NCBI GenBank assembly: GCA_043228905.1
Contig: JBHGNT010000005.1
Coordinates: forward strand, 10,106,001 to 10,170,000
Direction: 5' to 3'
DNA: 64,000 nucleotides
Source of the DNA: Azolla caroliniana
Taxonomy: Eukaryota > Plantae > Polypodiophyta
Below the pieces are notes generated by a model. The model was given only the letters and a program-made list of their open reading frames with translations, made no database searches and was not told the DNA's origin. Positions 24,932-38,089 of the stretch are shown here, in pieces. Position 1 is the stretch's first letter, and each line of letters starts with the position of its first letter. The translations under genes were made by a program, and so were the position numbers.

Positions 24932-26227
24932 ACAGCTGGGCATTTTGGTAGTACTAAAACATTACATTTAGTACAACGAACATTCTGGTGGCCCTGTATG
25001 CGACAATTTGTCGAGGATTTTGTTCGGACTTGTGATACATGTTGCAGAGCGAAAATGCCAAGGCATCATCCATATGGTTTATTAGAACCATTACCAATTC
25101 CAAGCAAGCCGTGGCAATCCATTGCTCTAGACTTCATCACAGATCTTCCAGTCTCTAAGGGGTTCAATGCGATTCTAATGGTGGTCGATCGATTTACGAA
25201 GATGGCTCATTTCTTGCCATGTACTAAGGAGATCTCCAGTGAAGACACTGCCGAAATTGTCATGCGTGAAGTATGTCGGCATCATGGACTTCCCGATAGT
25301 ATCATCAGCGACCGTGGACCCCAGTTCGTGTCAAAATTCTGGAAGCACCTTTTTAACATGCTCAAGGTCACTTGTAACCTCTCCTCCGGCTACCACCCAC
25401 AAACCGACGGCCAAGCTGAACGAACAAATCAAACGTTGGAGCAGTATCTGCGGTGCTTTCTCAACTATCATCAAGATGACTGGGCAGATATTCTCCACTT
25501 CGCCGAATTTGCCTATAACAACTCTATCCACGCATCCACTAAAGTTATGCCATTTTATGCTTATATGGGATGTCACCCCCGGTGGAGTGTACTTGAAACC
25601 CCAGAGGTGTCCACAAATCCGTGCGCGGAGGATCGTTTGGAGCAGTTATGCAAGATACAGGCGGATTTATCTACTCATCTCCAGCAAGCTCAACAAACAC
25701 ACAAGGTCTACGCGGATCGTCATCAACTTCCATCCAGTTTTAATATTGGAGATCGGGTGTGGCTGCTACGACGACACATCAAGACTACTCGTCCATGTGA
25801 GAAGTTAGATTATCGGCGATTAGGTCCTTTCCGTATTATTGGACAGATTAATGATGTCGCTTTTCGTCTCAATCTACCTCCTCAACTTCGGATACATCCG
25901 ATGTTTCATAGTTCTCTCCTCGAACCCTACCACGAGAGCACCATCCCAGGACGTCTTATCCAACCTCCACCCCCGATCGAACTTGAAGATGGGCCGGAGT
26001 ACGAGGTTGCCGCTATCCTTGATTCCAAGATTGTTCGCAACAAGCTCTACTATCTAGTCGATTGGCTAGGCTATAGCCCCAGCGAACGTACTTGGGAACC
26101 GATCGAGAATGTGACCAATGCTCGTGCTCTTCTTGAAGACTTCCATCATCAATATCCACACAAACCAGGTCCTCAATCCAAGACGACTCGTGACACTCAT
26201 CGTTTTAAAGGGGAGATAGTGTCATGA
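24932..26227 (+). pseudogene. pol: Pol 3' part (integrase plus chromodomain)
   Basis: Continues the CHDTY/TAGHFG zinc finger after the nested element; DFITDLP, SDRGPQF, YHPQTDGQAER, GPF and chromodomain YEVAAILD..YLVDWLGY..TWEP. Confidence 0.92.
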
Positions 26228-26677
26228 TATGGCAAGACTCGAACCCATGACCTTAGGTTATATGGGTCGAGCTCTTGACCATTAGATCATCTATTGTAAT
26301 ACGTAAAATATTATTTTCATTTACATTTTATTATAGGAAATTAGCATATATTCCAGATTTCTCTCGAACATTCTAGAAGCTTCAGGATTACTCTTGAAAA
26401 CAGTATAAAAGAGGGCACTAGGCATTATTTTGAACCAAATTGGTTCAACGCCAGTCTTAAGCCTTTTAGCCACCATTGTATATTCTCTTCATATAATACA
26501 TATCTTTCTTATCATCACTCTCTCTCTCTCTCTCTCTCAATCTCTCTCTCTCTCAATCTCTCTCTTTCTCTCTGTCTCGCTCACTTCTTCCTTCTCTTGA
26601 AGAAGTTCCACACCTCTCATAGTACTAATCCTTCGTTTAGTACTAATTCCTTCTCTGTCTCGATACTGTTCATGACA

Positions 26678-29600
26678 GCAACAGTCATAACCTCGTTCCT
26701 GTATAGTAAAACATTCCATGGTCCAAATCCATCCCAGTAGAAAATACATGAACTTATTCTTTTAAATCATTGTTCAATTACATGCGTTTCTTGACTTAAT
26801 TGCATTCTAATGCGGCGCACAATTCAAGTCACTACAATATATCTTTGTATCTTGTAATGAACACGACATGAATCGAACCTGCAACCTTTTCCTCTTGATC
26901 CAAACACACAGGCATTGCATGGTGGATCCCGCTTGTATGCATAAATTGATAGCATAATCTTGTTCGTTAGTACCAAAACATTGCATGCTCCAATGGCATC
27001 GCATTGGAAAACGCATGTAGTTATTCCTCCTATCCATTGTTCGATTGCTTATATTTCTTGACTTAATATAGTTAGAATGCATCCCACAACTCAACTCAGA
27101 ACATGAGATCTTTGTGTCTTAAAATGACTTTGATATGCATAGAACATGCAACTTTATAATTTGGAATCAAAAGACTTGCCATTGTGCTAGGCACGTCGCT
27201 TATGTAAGTTTTTTTGTGATAGTTTTGTCCCCGAGTGCTAAAATATTTTATTATCCAAAATAATTACATTAGAACAAAACATCCAATTATTCGTGTAATC
27301 AAAATAGTGAAAGTGCACGTTATGCTTGTTTAAATTTTACAAAACTGTGACCGCAATTCCGATCACAACACCAGATCTTGCCATGTAGAAATGAACCCGA
27401 CATCAATCGAACACGAAACCTATTCAGCTGAAGTCAAACGCGCGACCACAGCGCGACATATCCCGCTTCTGGTTTGATTTCATAACCTCGTCGTCAAGTA
27501 GGTAAACATTGTAAAACAAATCATCCACCTATTTCTCTAATCAATTGCACGAACTAATTGATTTAATTATACCCCACAACTCCGAAAATTCTAGTTATAA
27601 CACTAGATCTATGTTGTTGAAATGAACTAGACGTGAATCGAACAACACAATATCTTCGCATGTAGAAATGAACCCGACATGAATCGAACACGCAACCTTC
27701 TGATCTGGAGTACAACACGCTACCATTGCGCCACGGATCCCGCTTGTGGTTTGATATCATAACCTCGTCCTCAAGTAGGTAAACATTGTAAAAACTATCA
27801 TCCACCTATTCCTCAAATCAATTACACGAACTAATTGATTTAATTGTACTCCACAACGGCCGAAAATTCTAGTCATAACACTAGATCTATGTAGCTTGAA
27901 ATGAAGTAGGCGTGAATCGAACATGCAACCTTTTTATCTCAAGTCAAACACACATGCATTGCACTGTGGATCCCTATAGGACATGTTTTGAGGTCAAAAC
28001 TCATCTGTACAAACCAAACCATTGCATACTCCAAAACCATCACATTGGAAAAGAACATAAACTTATTCCTCCAATCCATTCTTTGATTCCATGTCCTAGT
28101 CTACTTAATTTTTCTCCAATAACGTTGAGAATTCAAATTACAACACAATACCGATGCATCTTGAAATAACCTCAACATGAATTGGACATGCAACGGTTAT
28201 AACCTCGTTTCTGTATAGTAAAACATTGCATGCTCCAAATCCATCCCACTAGAAAAAACATGAACTTATTCTTGTAATTCATTGTTTAATTACATACGTT
28301 TTGTGACCTCATTGCATTTGAATGGGGCCCACAATTCAAATCACAACAATAGATCTTTGTATCTTGTAATGAACACGACATAAATCAAACAGGCAACCTT
28401 TTTATCTAGTGTCAAACACACAAGCATTGCATTGTGGATCCCGCTTGTGTGCATAAGTTGATTGCATAATCCTGTCCATTAGTACCAAAACATTGGATGC
28501 TCCATTGGCATCGCATTGGAAAACCCATGCAGTAATTCCTCTTATCCATAGTTAGATTGCTTATATTTCTTGACTTAATATAGTTCAAATGGATCCCACA
28601 ACTCACCATAGTTAGATTGCTTATATTTCTTGACTTAATATAGTTCAAATGGATCCCACAACTCAACTGACAACATGAGATCTTTGTGTTTTAAACTGAC
28701 ACTGATGGGAATAGAACATGCAACCTTCTAATTTGGACTCAAAAGCCTTGCTATTGCGCTAGGCACTTCGCTTATATAAGTTTTTTTTGTGATAGTGTTG
28801 TCCCCGAGTGCCAAAATATTTTATTCTCCAAAAAAATCATATTACAACTAAACATCCAATTATTCGTGTAATCAACATTGTGAAAGTGCACGTTAAATTT
28901 ACAAAAAAATTGGCCACAATTCCATAACAACCCGATAACAACACAAGATCTTCACATGTAGAAATGAACCCGACTTGAATCGATCACGCAACTTTTTGAT
29001 CTGGAGTCAGACATGCTACCATTGCGCCACGGATGCCGCTTGTGGTTTGATGTCATAACCTCGTCGTCAAGTAGGTAAACATTGTAAAACAAATCATCCA
29101 CCTATTCCTCTAATCAATTGCACGAACTAATTCATTTTATTGTATTCCACAACAGCCAAAAATTCTAGTCATAACACTAGATCTATGTAGCTTGAAATGA
29201 ACTAGACGTGAATCGAACATGCAGCCTTTTTATCTCTAGTCAAACACACATGCATTGCAGCGTGGATCCCTATTTAACATGGTTTGAGGTTAAATCTTAT
29301 CCATATAAACACAAGTCACAACACAATACCTATGCATCCTAAAATAACCTCAACATGAATTGGACATGCAACAGTCATAACCTTGTTCCTGTATAGTGAA
29401 ACATTGCATGGTCCAAATCCATCCCACTAGAAAAAACATGAACTTATTCTTTTAATTCATTGTTCAATTGCATGCGTTTCATGACTTAAGTGCATTCGAA
29501 TGCGGCCCACAATTCAAGTCACAACAATAGATTTTTGTATCCTATAATGAACACAACATGAATAGAACATGCAACCTTTTTATCTAGAGTCTGACACACA

Positions 29601-29933
29601 AGCATTGCATCGTGGATCCCGCTTGTGTGCATAAATTGATTGCATAATCTTGTCCGCTAGTACTAAAATATTGAATGCTCTACTGTCATCGCATTGGAAA
29701 ACGCATGTAGTTATTCCTGTTATCCATTCTTCGATTGCATATATTTCATGACTAAATATAGTTCGAATGCATCCACCAACTCAACTCACAACATGAGATC
29801 TTTGTGTCTTAAAATTACTCTTATGTGAATTGAACATGCAACCTTCTAATTTGGACTCAAAAGCCTGGCCATTGCGTTAGGCACCTCGCTTATGTAAGTT
29901 TTTGTTATAGCGTAGTCCCGAAATTCCAAAATA
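26678..29933 (-). repeat. tRNA-Trp-derived higher-order array, right part
   Basis: Resumes exactly after the TSD; degenerate tRNA-Trp A copies at 27392-27463, 27669-27740 and 28965-29036. Confidence 0.93.
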
Positions 29934-29948
29934 TGAATGAAAGTGAAA

Positions 29949-30417
29949 TGTAAAGGGTGGTTATGTGCACAAAGGAGTTAGTGAGGAATAATGGTGATGT
30001 GTACATTAGTGCACATACACATAGTGGGTAGTGGGGGAGTGTGAAAGTAAGGGAGATTTAGTGTGAAACAGAGAGGAATATTTGACCGCATTATAATGTC
30101 CTTCCCTCTTTGGACTATAAAAGGAGGAGAAGGGGCTCTTGTTAGGGGTTCCATTCCGTTTTCTTTTGGTTCCGAGTTTTGGGTTTTCCTTTCTCTCTCC
30201 ATTTTGCAGTCCCCTTTTGGTGTGTTAGGTTCATTTAGGTATTTAAGGTTTCGGCAACTCGAATGCTCTGAGGTTGTCGGGGTTTTCTACTCTGACTACT
30301 ATGCAAGGTCTCCACTCCCAACCGCGAGCCCAAGAGCTCCCCGACTAGAGGCTTGCCTGTAGATGCTCATTGTATCCAATTCGTTTTTTCCAGCTCGAAG
30401 TCGTTGTTGTAATCGTC

Positions 30418-30478
<61 letters not shown>

Positions 30479-30843
30479 GTTGCGTACAACGCGTCATTTT
30501 CTATTTGAGTGTTTTATCATACTTTCTCTCTTACCAGTTTCTGTGTATAAGTTTGTGTGTTTTCTCTCTCTCGATCTCTAATCCGGCGTCGCGGTAGTCA
30601 AGAGGGAGGCCAATATACTTGCAAAGCGTAGGTCTAGGCCGCAGGGGCCCATCTGAATGATTGGGAGGCGGTCAAGTTAGATCGACCCGGAAGGACGAAG
30701 GGGAGTCGGTCAGCCAAAACCAGACGAAGCCAACAAGTGGCCACCACGGAGAGATGACGACTAGGCCGAAGCCCTAGTCAGGGTAATCGATACCGACGAA
30801 GCCTAGTTACCCATCTGCATCCCCTTCGTTCCAAGACCCCAGT
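29949..30843 (+). mobile_element. unclassified LTR-like fragment, continues at 36420-36580 after the inserted element
   Basis: Starts TGTAAAGG, has TATAAAAGG near 30116 and (TA)n at 30421-30475, then GC-richer leader-like sequence. No domain recognised. Confidence 0.4.
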
Positions 30844-31169
30844 TGTCAGAACCAAGGATAAAAGATAGAGTGATGGAAGAAGGATAGAGAAGAATGTATG
30901 TATAAGATAGAGAAAGAAAGAGAATGGATACAAGATATGTAATGAGAGCTAAAGACTGGTGTTGATTCGAATTGATTTGAGAATACATGTATGCGCTTAT
31001 TTATAGGTTCCTATAGAATAGCTTAGAAATTTCTAGAGTTTTTACAATAATCAATGTAATACAAGAAGTAGCTTTTATTGTTTCTATAACAATAAGCTAT
31101 CTTAATGGTTGAGGTTTTCAAGTATGAATTACAAGGTTCGAGGTTCAAGTCCGAGTGACGCCATAATGG

Positions 31170-34100
31170 TCATGTGTTCATGACACTATCCCTCCTTCGA
31201 GAATGCCGAGTGGAAGTCGGCGTTAACATTGTTGGGTTGGGCTTGTTTGGATAGTGACGATGGAAGTCGTTGACCAGAGCTTCAGCATTACAAACGTTAT
31301 CGATGGGTTCCCAAGTGCGATCACTCGGAGGATAACCAAGCCAATCAACTAGATAATAAAGCTTATTGCGCACAATCTTAGAATCGAGAATAGCAGCTAC
31401 CTCGTATTCGGGGCCGTCCACAAGTTGTACAGAAGGCGGTGGTGGCACGACACGATTTGGAATTAAAGAGGTGTGGCAAGGTTTCAAAAGTGAGCTATGA
31501 AAGACAGGGTGAAGTCGCATATGTGCAGGAAGGTTAAGACGAAATGTTGCATCATTAATCTGCGCCGTGATGACAAAAGGACCTAAGCGTTGATAGTCAA
31601 GCTTAGCACACGGTCGGGTAGTCTTGATGTGACGACGAAGCAACCATACACGGTCACCAACCTTAAACGGAGACTTAAGACGATGTCGATCGGCATTGGT
31701 CTTATGGTGTGCTTGCGCTTTCTGAAGATGTGACGATAACTCGAACTGGATTTGTTGTAGTCGGTGGAGGTGATGCGCCGCACTAGGGTTTCGTGACACC
31801 TCGGGAAGATCCAGTATACACCATCGAGGGTGGTTGCCGGTGTAGGCAAAGAAAGGTGTAACTTTGGTAGAAGAGTGGACCGTGTTGTTGTATGCAAACT
31901 CGGCAAGATGTAAAATTTTACTCCAATCATCTTGTTGATAACTAATGAAACATCGAAGATATTGCTCGAGCGTTTGATTTGTGCGCTCTGTTTGTCCGTC
32001 AGTTTGTGGATGATAAGCTGAAGAGAGTTTGCAAGAGATTTTGAGGCCTGCCCATAGGTGCTTCCAAAAGAGTGAGATAAATTGAGGACCTCGATCGCTA
32101 ATAATATCATTCGGGAGACCATGATGGCGAAACACTTCACGCATAATGAGATCTGCAGTTTCTTCACTATTGATGGTCTTTACACATGGTACAAAATGTG
32201 CCATCTTGGTGAACCGATCCACTACTGTTAAAATAGTATCAAAGCCTTTGGAAGGTGGCAGATCCGTAATGAAATCCATAGAAATAGACTGCCATGGCTT
32301 GTTGGGAGGGGGTAATGGTTGTAGTAAGCCATAAGGGTGATGCCGGGGTATTTTGGCGCGACAGCAGGTGTCACAAGTGCGAACATAATCTTCGACAAAT
32401 TTTTGCAAGTGAGGCCACCAAAATGAATGTTTCACCAGCTCAATGGTCTTGGAAATACCAAAATGTCCAGCCATGGGGGCATCATGACAATGTTCCAACA
32501 CTTGAAGTCGGGGTGATCCGTCGGGGACGTAAAGGAGATTCTTGTAGAAGAGTAAACCATCTTGCCACTTGAAGTCCTGATAATGTTGAGATGACCCTGG
32601 CAATGTGGAGCAAGATGGACGACTTGAACCACAGTGGGCTAAGACATCCTTAGCAAAATCATCCGAATGAAGTTGTTGCCGAATAGTGTCAAGAAGGGTA
32701 GAATCAAGTGGTGTGGCATAAATTGTTGTTACCTGTAGCTTTGATGGCCCGAGGAGAGTTTGCTTTTGATTGTCAAAGGCCGGATCTCCAGGTCGAAGTG
32801 CTAGATACGAACGCCAAGACAGAGCATCTGCTTTCCCTTGTTGTTTTCCGGGGCGAAAAATGATCTTGAAATCGAAACGCGTTAGAAATTGGGCCCACCG
32901 AGCTTGTCGTCTATTTAATACTCGAGTTGTTTGAAAATATGTGAGATTTTTGTGATCACTATAAATGATAATCTGATGAGGTGATCCTTCTAGAAAATGA
33001 CGCCATTGCTCGAATGAGTCGACCACAGCTAGTAACTCCTTGTCATGCACCTCATAGTTTATCTCCGAAACAGTAAACTTTCTCGAGTGAAACGCGACTA
33101 GATGTATCTGCCCGTCCTCGCCTGGTTGCGATAGGATACTCCCCAATGCAAAGTCTGATGCATCCGCCTCAATAGTAAATGGCTCTTCAGGATCAATATG
33201 TGCTAAGATGGGTGCTGATGTGAATGCCTCTTTCAGCTGCGTAAAAGCCTTGTCTGCTTCGATACTCCAAAAAAATGCTTGATTTTTCTTGGTGAGTCGA
33301 GTAAGGGGGGCAACACAATGCTTGAATAATTATGTATGAATTTGCGATAGAAGTTCGCAAATCCGAGGAAACACTGGACATCCCGAACTGAGCATGGGGG
33401 TTTCCATTCCAATATTGTTTGGACTTTTGCCGGGTCCATGAAAACACCCTGGGATGAAATAGTGTATCCCAAAAATTCGACTTGTTTGCAATCAAAACTG
33501 CATTTCTCAAGTTTGGCGTAAAGACCATACTTCCTTAGGCGTTCAAGTACTTGCCGCACATGTATATCATGCTCCCCTTGTGTTTTAGAGTAAATCAATA
33601 GATCATCTAGGTAGATGATTAGAAAAATATCCAAGAAATCCCGGAAGATGTCATTTGCCATATGTTGGAATACGGCAGGTGCATTTGTGAGCCCAAAAGG
33701 CATGATTGTATACTCGAAATGACCATACCGAGTACGAAATGTTGTTTTCCACTCATCTCCTGGCCGAATTCGAACAAGATTATATGCACCCCTTAGATCA
33801 ATTTTGGTAAAATGCTTTGCCCCACCAATGCGTTCTAAGAGATTGGAGATTAAAGGTAAAGCATACCTATTCCTTATGGTGACTTTATTTAAGCCTCGAT
33901 AGTCCACGACCAAACGAAGGGAGCCGTCCTTTTTCTTCACAAAAAAGATAGGAGCACCAGCTGGAGACTTTGAATATCGAATAAACCCATGTGCAAGATT
34001 TTCCTCGATGTATTCTCGAAGAACCTCAAGCTCAGTGGGTGATAAATTGTCAATCGGACCCCACGGAGGCTCTTTTCCTGGTTGGAGATCAATAGGACAG

Positions 34101-34840
34101 TCGTACGGCCGATGCTTTGGAAGAACACTAGCTTTGACTTTGTCGAAAACATCAGCATAGTCTTGATATTTTTTGGGAATTTGGATGTCTGAATTCCCTT
34201 GAGTGACACTAGAAGGTGTCACTGATACTGCAAATAAGAAAAGGTCCTCCTTGCCTCCCACTTGGTGCAATTGTTGCAATGTGATGGCTGAAATTTTATG
34301 AGAAGGATATCGTCCATCGGTAGAACTATATACTTTGGGAGGATAATCCCGAGTTCGATCCTTGACAATGATATTTTCTGCTAAAGGGCACCTAATTTCT
34401 CGCTTCCTCCAATCGATTCTAGGGTTATGTAGCTCGAACCATGGCAAACCGAGGACAATTGGATGCTCAGGACTACGGATTATGTTAAAGGAAACTACAC
34501 ATCCTAAATCACCCAAGAGTATGTGTATTGGCTCAGACTCTTCAAATATCTTCCCAGAAGCTATGGGGCGTCCATCAATCACTACTACGGAAACTGGACA
34601 AGGAAGTTTATGCAAGGATATTTGGTGTTTTTGGGCAAAATCTCTATCCATGAAACAAGAATTGGCTCCAGTATCTAAGAGGGCTTGGACTTGAAGTTGA
34701 CAACTGGGTGTCCTAACCTGTACTAGGGCTGAGAAGACTCTACTAACATGCTTGGAAGAAATGGAACCCACACTAGGTTGTACATATCTAGGGTTGTCCA
34801 ACCAAATGGCTCCTATTTTGGCCGGACTTATTCGTTTGAC
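31170..34840 (-). pseudogene. pol: Pol (PR-RT-RH-INT-chromodomain) with one frameshift
   Basis: ORFs 33233-34801 and 31170-33146; LLDTGA, YLDDLL, DFITDLP and chromodomain motifs. Frameshift at the homopolymer run 33305-33310. Confidence 0.93.
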
Positions 34841-35991
34841 TCCTCTTCTAATTGGCTTAGGACTTCAAATTTATTGGACAAGGGTGGATTATTCATAATA
34901 TTAGATTCACTAACTACTTCTAAAATGTTGGACTCATTTTTATTGTCATAGTGAATTTGATTTACCTGACGTCTCGGCCTACGGGAGCAATGAATGGCTA
35001 TATGTCCTGGACCTCCACAATATAAGCACAGATGGTTTGCTCGACGACGTTGCTTCTCTTCGTCTGACAACGGTCCTCGTCGTTGAGTCATATCGATCTC
35101 CATGGGTGTAGGACTATCCATTGGGACTGGACTACGTGTTTGCCTTGGAGTTGGAGCAAGGCTATACATTTGCCTTGGGGATGATTGCGCCGTTACTGAT
35201 GCATAAGTTGGTGTGAATCTAGATCTTGTTATTTGTTGTTGTCGCTCACATCGACGCTCAAAAAGGCGATTATCACACCGTATTGCTCGACTAATAGCTT
35301 CTGTAAGTGACCTTGGATCCTCGGGGAAGGTAAGAAGTAAGTCTTTGACATCACTACGAAGGCCTGAACGGAATTGCTCCATTAGGGCTTGTTCATCCCA
35401 AGGAATATCGCTTGTGATGAGACGAAAATTGGCAGCATATGTTGAAGCTGGTTGATCACCTTGACGAAGTGTACGAATCTTGTTGATAGCTGTTCTCGCC
35501 CCATCAGTATCTCCGAAACAAGCCTTAAATTCCTTGATAAATTCCTCGAAATTATTCAGTAGAGGAGAATTGGTCTCTAGCAATGGAGCAAACCACGACA
35601 ACGCTATGCCAGTCAATAAAGTGCCCACTAGCCCGACTCGTGATGCATCTGTTGGATAACGTGCGGGATGCATTTGAATCACCAACCGTACTTGATTCAA
35701 AAAACCTCGGAAATGCGCCCTCGACCCATCAAATTTAGCTGGGAGGCTAATTTTGGGCTCCTTGATAAGTCCCTGACCTTCAACCCTTTGTTGTTGTAAC
35801 ACGACGATTGTCGACTCTAACTGTTGCACTCGTCGCGTGAACTCCTCTTGTTGTTGTTGCTTCTCTATAGTAACCTTTTGTAGATCCCCAAGTAGACGTT
35901 GATTCTCTACTTCAAGAGATGCGAACTTGGATTTAAGGTTCTCCATTTCTGCAACAAGGGTGAGATATTCTTCTGAGTTAATGGCAGCCAT
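34828..35991 (-). CDS. gag: Gag (starts MAAINSEEY)
   Basis: Homologous to Gag 11507-12667; CLYCGGPGHIAIHC zinc knuckle. Confidence 0.93.
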   Translation of the reverse strand: MAAINSEEYLTLVAEMENLKSKFASLEVENQRLLGDLQKVTIEKQQQQEEFTRRVQQLESTIVVLQQQRVEGQGLIKEPKISLPAKFDGSRAHFRGFLNQVRLVIQMHPARYPTDASRVGLVGTLLTGIALSWFAPLLETNSPLLNNFEEFIKEFKACFGDTDGARTAINKIRTLRQGDQPASTYAANFRLITSDIPWDEQALMEQFRSGLRSDVKDLLLTFPEDPRSLTEAISRAIRCDNRLFERRCERQQQITRSRFTPTYASVTAQSSPRQMYSLAPTPRQTRSPVPMDSPTPMEIDMTQRRGPLSDEEKQRRRANHLCLYCGGPGHIAIHCSRRPRRQVNQIHYDNKNESNILEVVSESNIMNNPPLSNKFEVLSQLEEESNE

Positions 35992-36016
35992 GGTTTCAGG
36001 ATGGTTACAAAGGAGG

Positions 36017-36062
<46 letters not shown>

Positions 36063-36589
36063 GAATCAAACTGTCAGAACCAAGGATAAAAGATAGAGTG
36101 ATGGAAGAAGGATAGAGAAGAATGTATGTATAAGATAGAGAAAGAAAGAGAATGGATACAAGATATGTAATGAGAGCTAAAGACTGGTGTTGATTCGAAT
36201 TGATTTGAGAATACATGTATGCGCTTATTTATAGGTTCCTATAGAATAGCTTAGAGATTTCTAGAGTTTTTACAATAATCAATGTAATACAAGAAGTAGC
36301 TTTTATTGTTTCATATAACAATAAGCTATCTTAATGGTTGAGGTTTTCAAGTATGAATTACAAGGTTCGAGGTTCAAGTCCGAGTGACGCCATAATGGTC
36401 ATGTGTTCATGACACCAGTGGTCCCACTGAACTTTCTAGAGCCGACAACATTCTTCTTGACAAAGTTCAAAAAGACGATTATCACACTGAATGGATTGGG
36501 AGATTACCTGAGAGAATAATGTGGGCTCTAGAAAGTTTAAGAGAAGAATCCTTACATCGTTTCAGAGGCCATAACGGAAATGGTCGCAT

Positions 36590-36939
36590 TTCTTGGTCTC
36601 CATTGGACAACCTTACCAACTAAGCTACATCCATCTATGCATCCTTATATTAAATCATACTTGATGTATTGTAGATTGAACACTAGAAGTTTCCTAGCTT
36701 GCATATATATGTATTCTCTATTCCTAGCTTGCATGCATCCTCATGCATTCTCTATTTCTAGCTTGCATGCATACCTCCACCTTCTACTATAAATACTCAG
36801 GTGCACCTTGATTCTAATCAAGGTGAACAACACCAGTTACTGAACCATAAGTTGAGTTCTTGTTCTCTTTCTCTTGTCTATTCTCTCTCTTAGTACTTAG
36901 TCTCGTCTTGCTTCAGCTCTATTCTACTTGTCTGTGACA
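36590..36939 (+). mobile_element. 5'-truncated LTR fragment, related to 38277-38704
   Basis: TATAAATA near 36788, ends TGTGACA, and is similar in inverted orientation to 38277-38645. Confidence 0.7.
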
Positions 36940-37455
36940 CATCCCTTGGTTGGAGTCCTTGACACCACAAATTTGGCAAGTAGTGCTTTGGATTGTGAGA
37001 GGGGATCAATCAAACCCATCCCTCCTCTCAATTTGGGTGATGTGAGAACATGCCACACCACCTTGGCCCGAGATGCATGACTTTCCTTACCAAGCCAAAT
37101 TTGTAATTGTGCTCCAGTCGTTGAATCTTATGTATACTTCCTTTAGAGATCATCCAACATGATAGGTTGTACCATGTTGTTGCTAGTAATACCTTATTCA
37201 CCACCATAATGCGTCTTGCCGGTGAGAGTTTTCTCAAGTTCCAATTTAACAACTTTTGTTGAATGGAGTGAATGATTGGTGCAATTATCATCTTAGGAGG
37301 AATGTTGAAGCCAATTTGGAAGCCCAAATAGATGGTGCTCACTCCCTACTTGATCCACATGAAACAGGGATGTAGGCACTCGATTGGATGTGATTCATCG
37401 GCGAGCCATATTGCATAGGATTTATGCCAATTGATCATGACATTTGATCTCTCAC

Positions 37456-38089
37456 TGTTACCGTACGAGATGTAAGGGTGATTGATAAGTGTGATAAGTG
37501 AGGGTAAAAGATGTAATGTGTTGATATGTATGTGTAATGTTATACGATTATGAGTGTGAATGTAAGTGTGAGTGTGGTTGATACAAAGAGGTGTGAGTGG
37601 GTGACTAGGTGTGAATGCCAAGGGGGCTTGCACCCTTGTGTATCTACCCTTTTGTACCTATTTAACCCCTTATGGGGAATGAATGAATACAAGGATCATT
37701 TCTCTCTCTCTCTCTTTGACTTCTCTCTCTCTCTCTCCCCCTCCCCTTAACGTTGAACCCCCTTGGGAGGGGGGTGGAGCCATTCTAGGCACCACCCCCC
37801 ACCCCGTAATGCTTCTCAATGCACATCCCGCAATCATCATCAATCATCATCATTATCATAAATATTAAACCTAACCCTAAAAACTAGGTACAAAAGGGTA
37901 GATACACAAGGGTGCAAGCCCCCTTGGCATTCACACCTAGTCACTCACTCACACCTCTTTGTATCAATCACACTCACACTTACATTCAAACTCATAATCG
38001 TATAACATTACACATACATATCAATACATTACATTTTTCACCCTCACTTATCACACTTATCAATCACCCATACATCTCGTACGGTAACA
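37456..38089. mobile_element. 634-bp fold-back element with 205-bp inverted arms
   Basis: Arms 37456-37660 and 37885-38089 are reverse complements with few mismatches; termini TGTTAC..GTAACA; TSD CTCAC. Confidence 0.9.

Larger units (their letters stand above)
10995..26677 (+). mobile_element. Ty3/gypsy chromovirus (Tf1/sushi/Tcn1-like) LTR retrotransposon, interrupted by a nested element
   Basis: LTRs 10995-11432 and 26220-26677 (TGTCATGA...CATGACA; the 5' LTR end is mutated to CATGAAA), TSD GCAAC, PPT AAGGGGAGATAG before the 3' LTR, domain order gag-PR-RT-RH-INT-chromodomain. Confidence 0.96.
30844..36414 (-). mobile_element. Ty3/gypsy chromovirus (Tf1/sushi/Tcn1-like), full length and young
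   Basis: LTRs 30844-31185 and 36072-36414 nearly identical (about 1 substitution and 1 indel), TSD CCAGT, PPT GAAGGAGGGATAG. Confidence 0.97.

Noticed and set aside
27392-27463. tRNA-Sec (TCA anticodon)
   Set aside because: It is a 72-nt decayed tRNA-Trp with no long variable arm or extended acceptor stem.
35992-36216. 76-aa N-terminal extension of Gag in the ORF track
   Set aside because: It runs through the LTR and a (CT)n tract; the homologous Gag starts at the MAA/MAT methionine.
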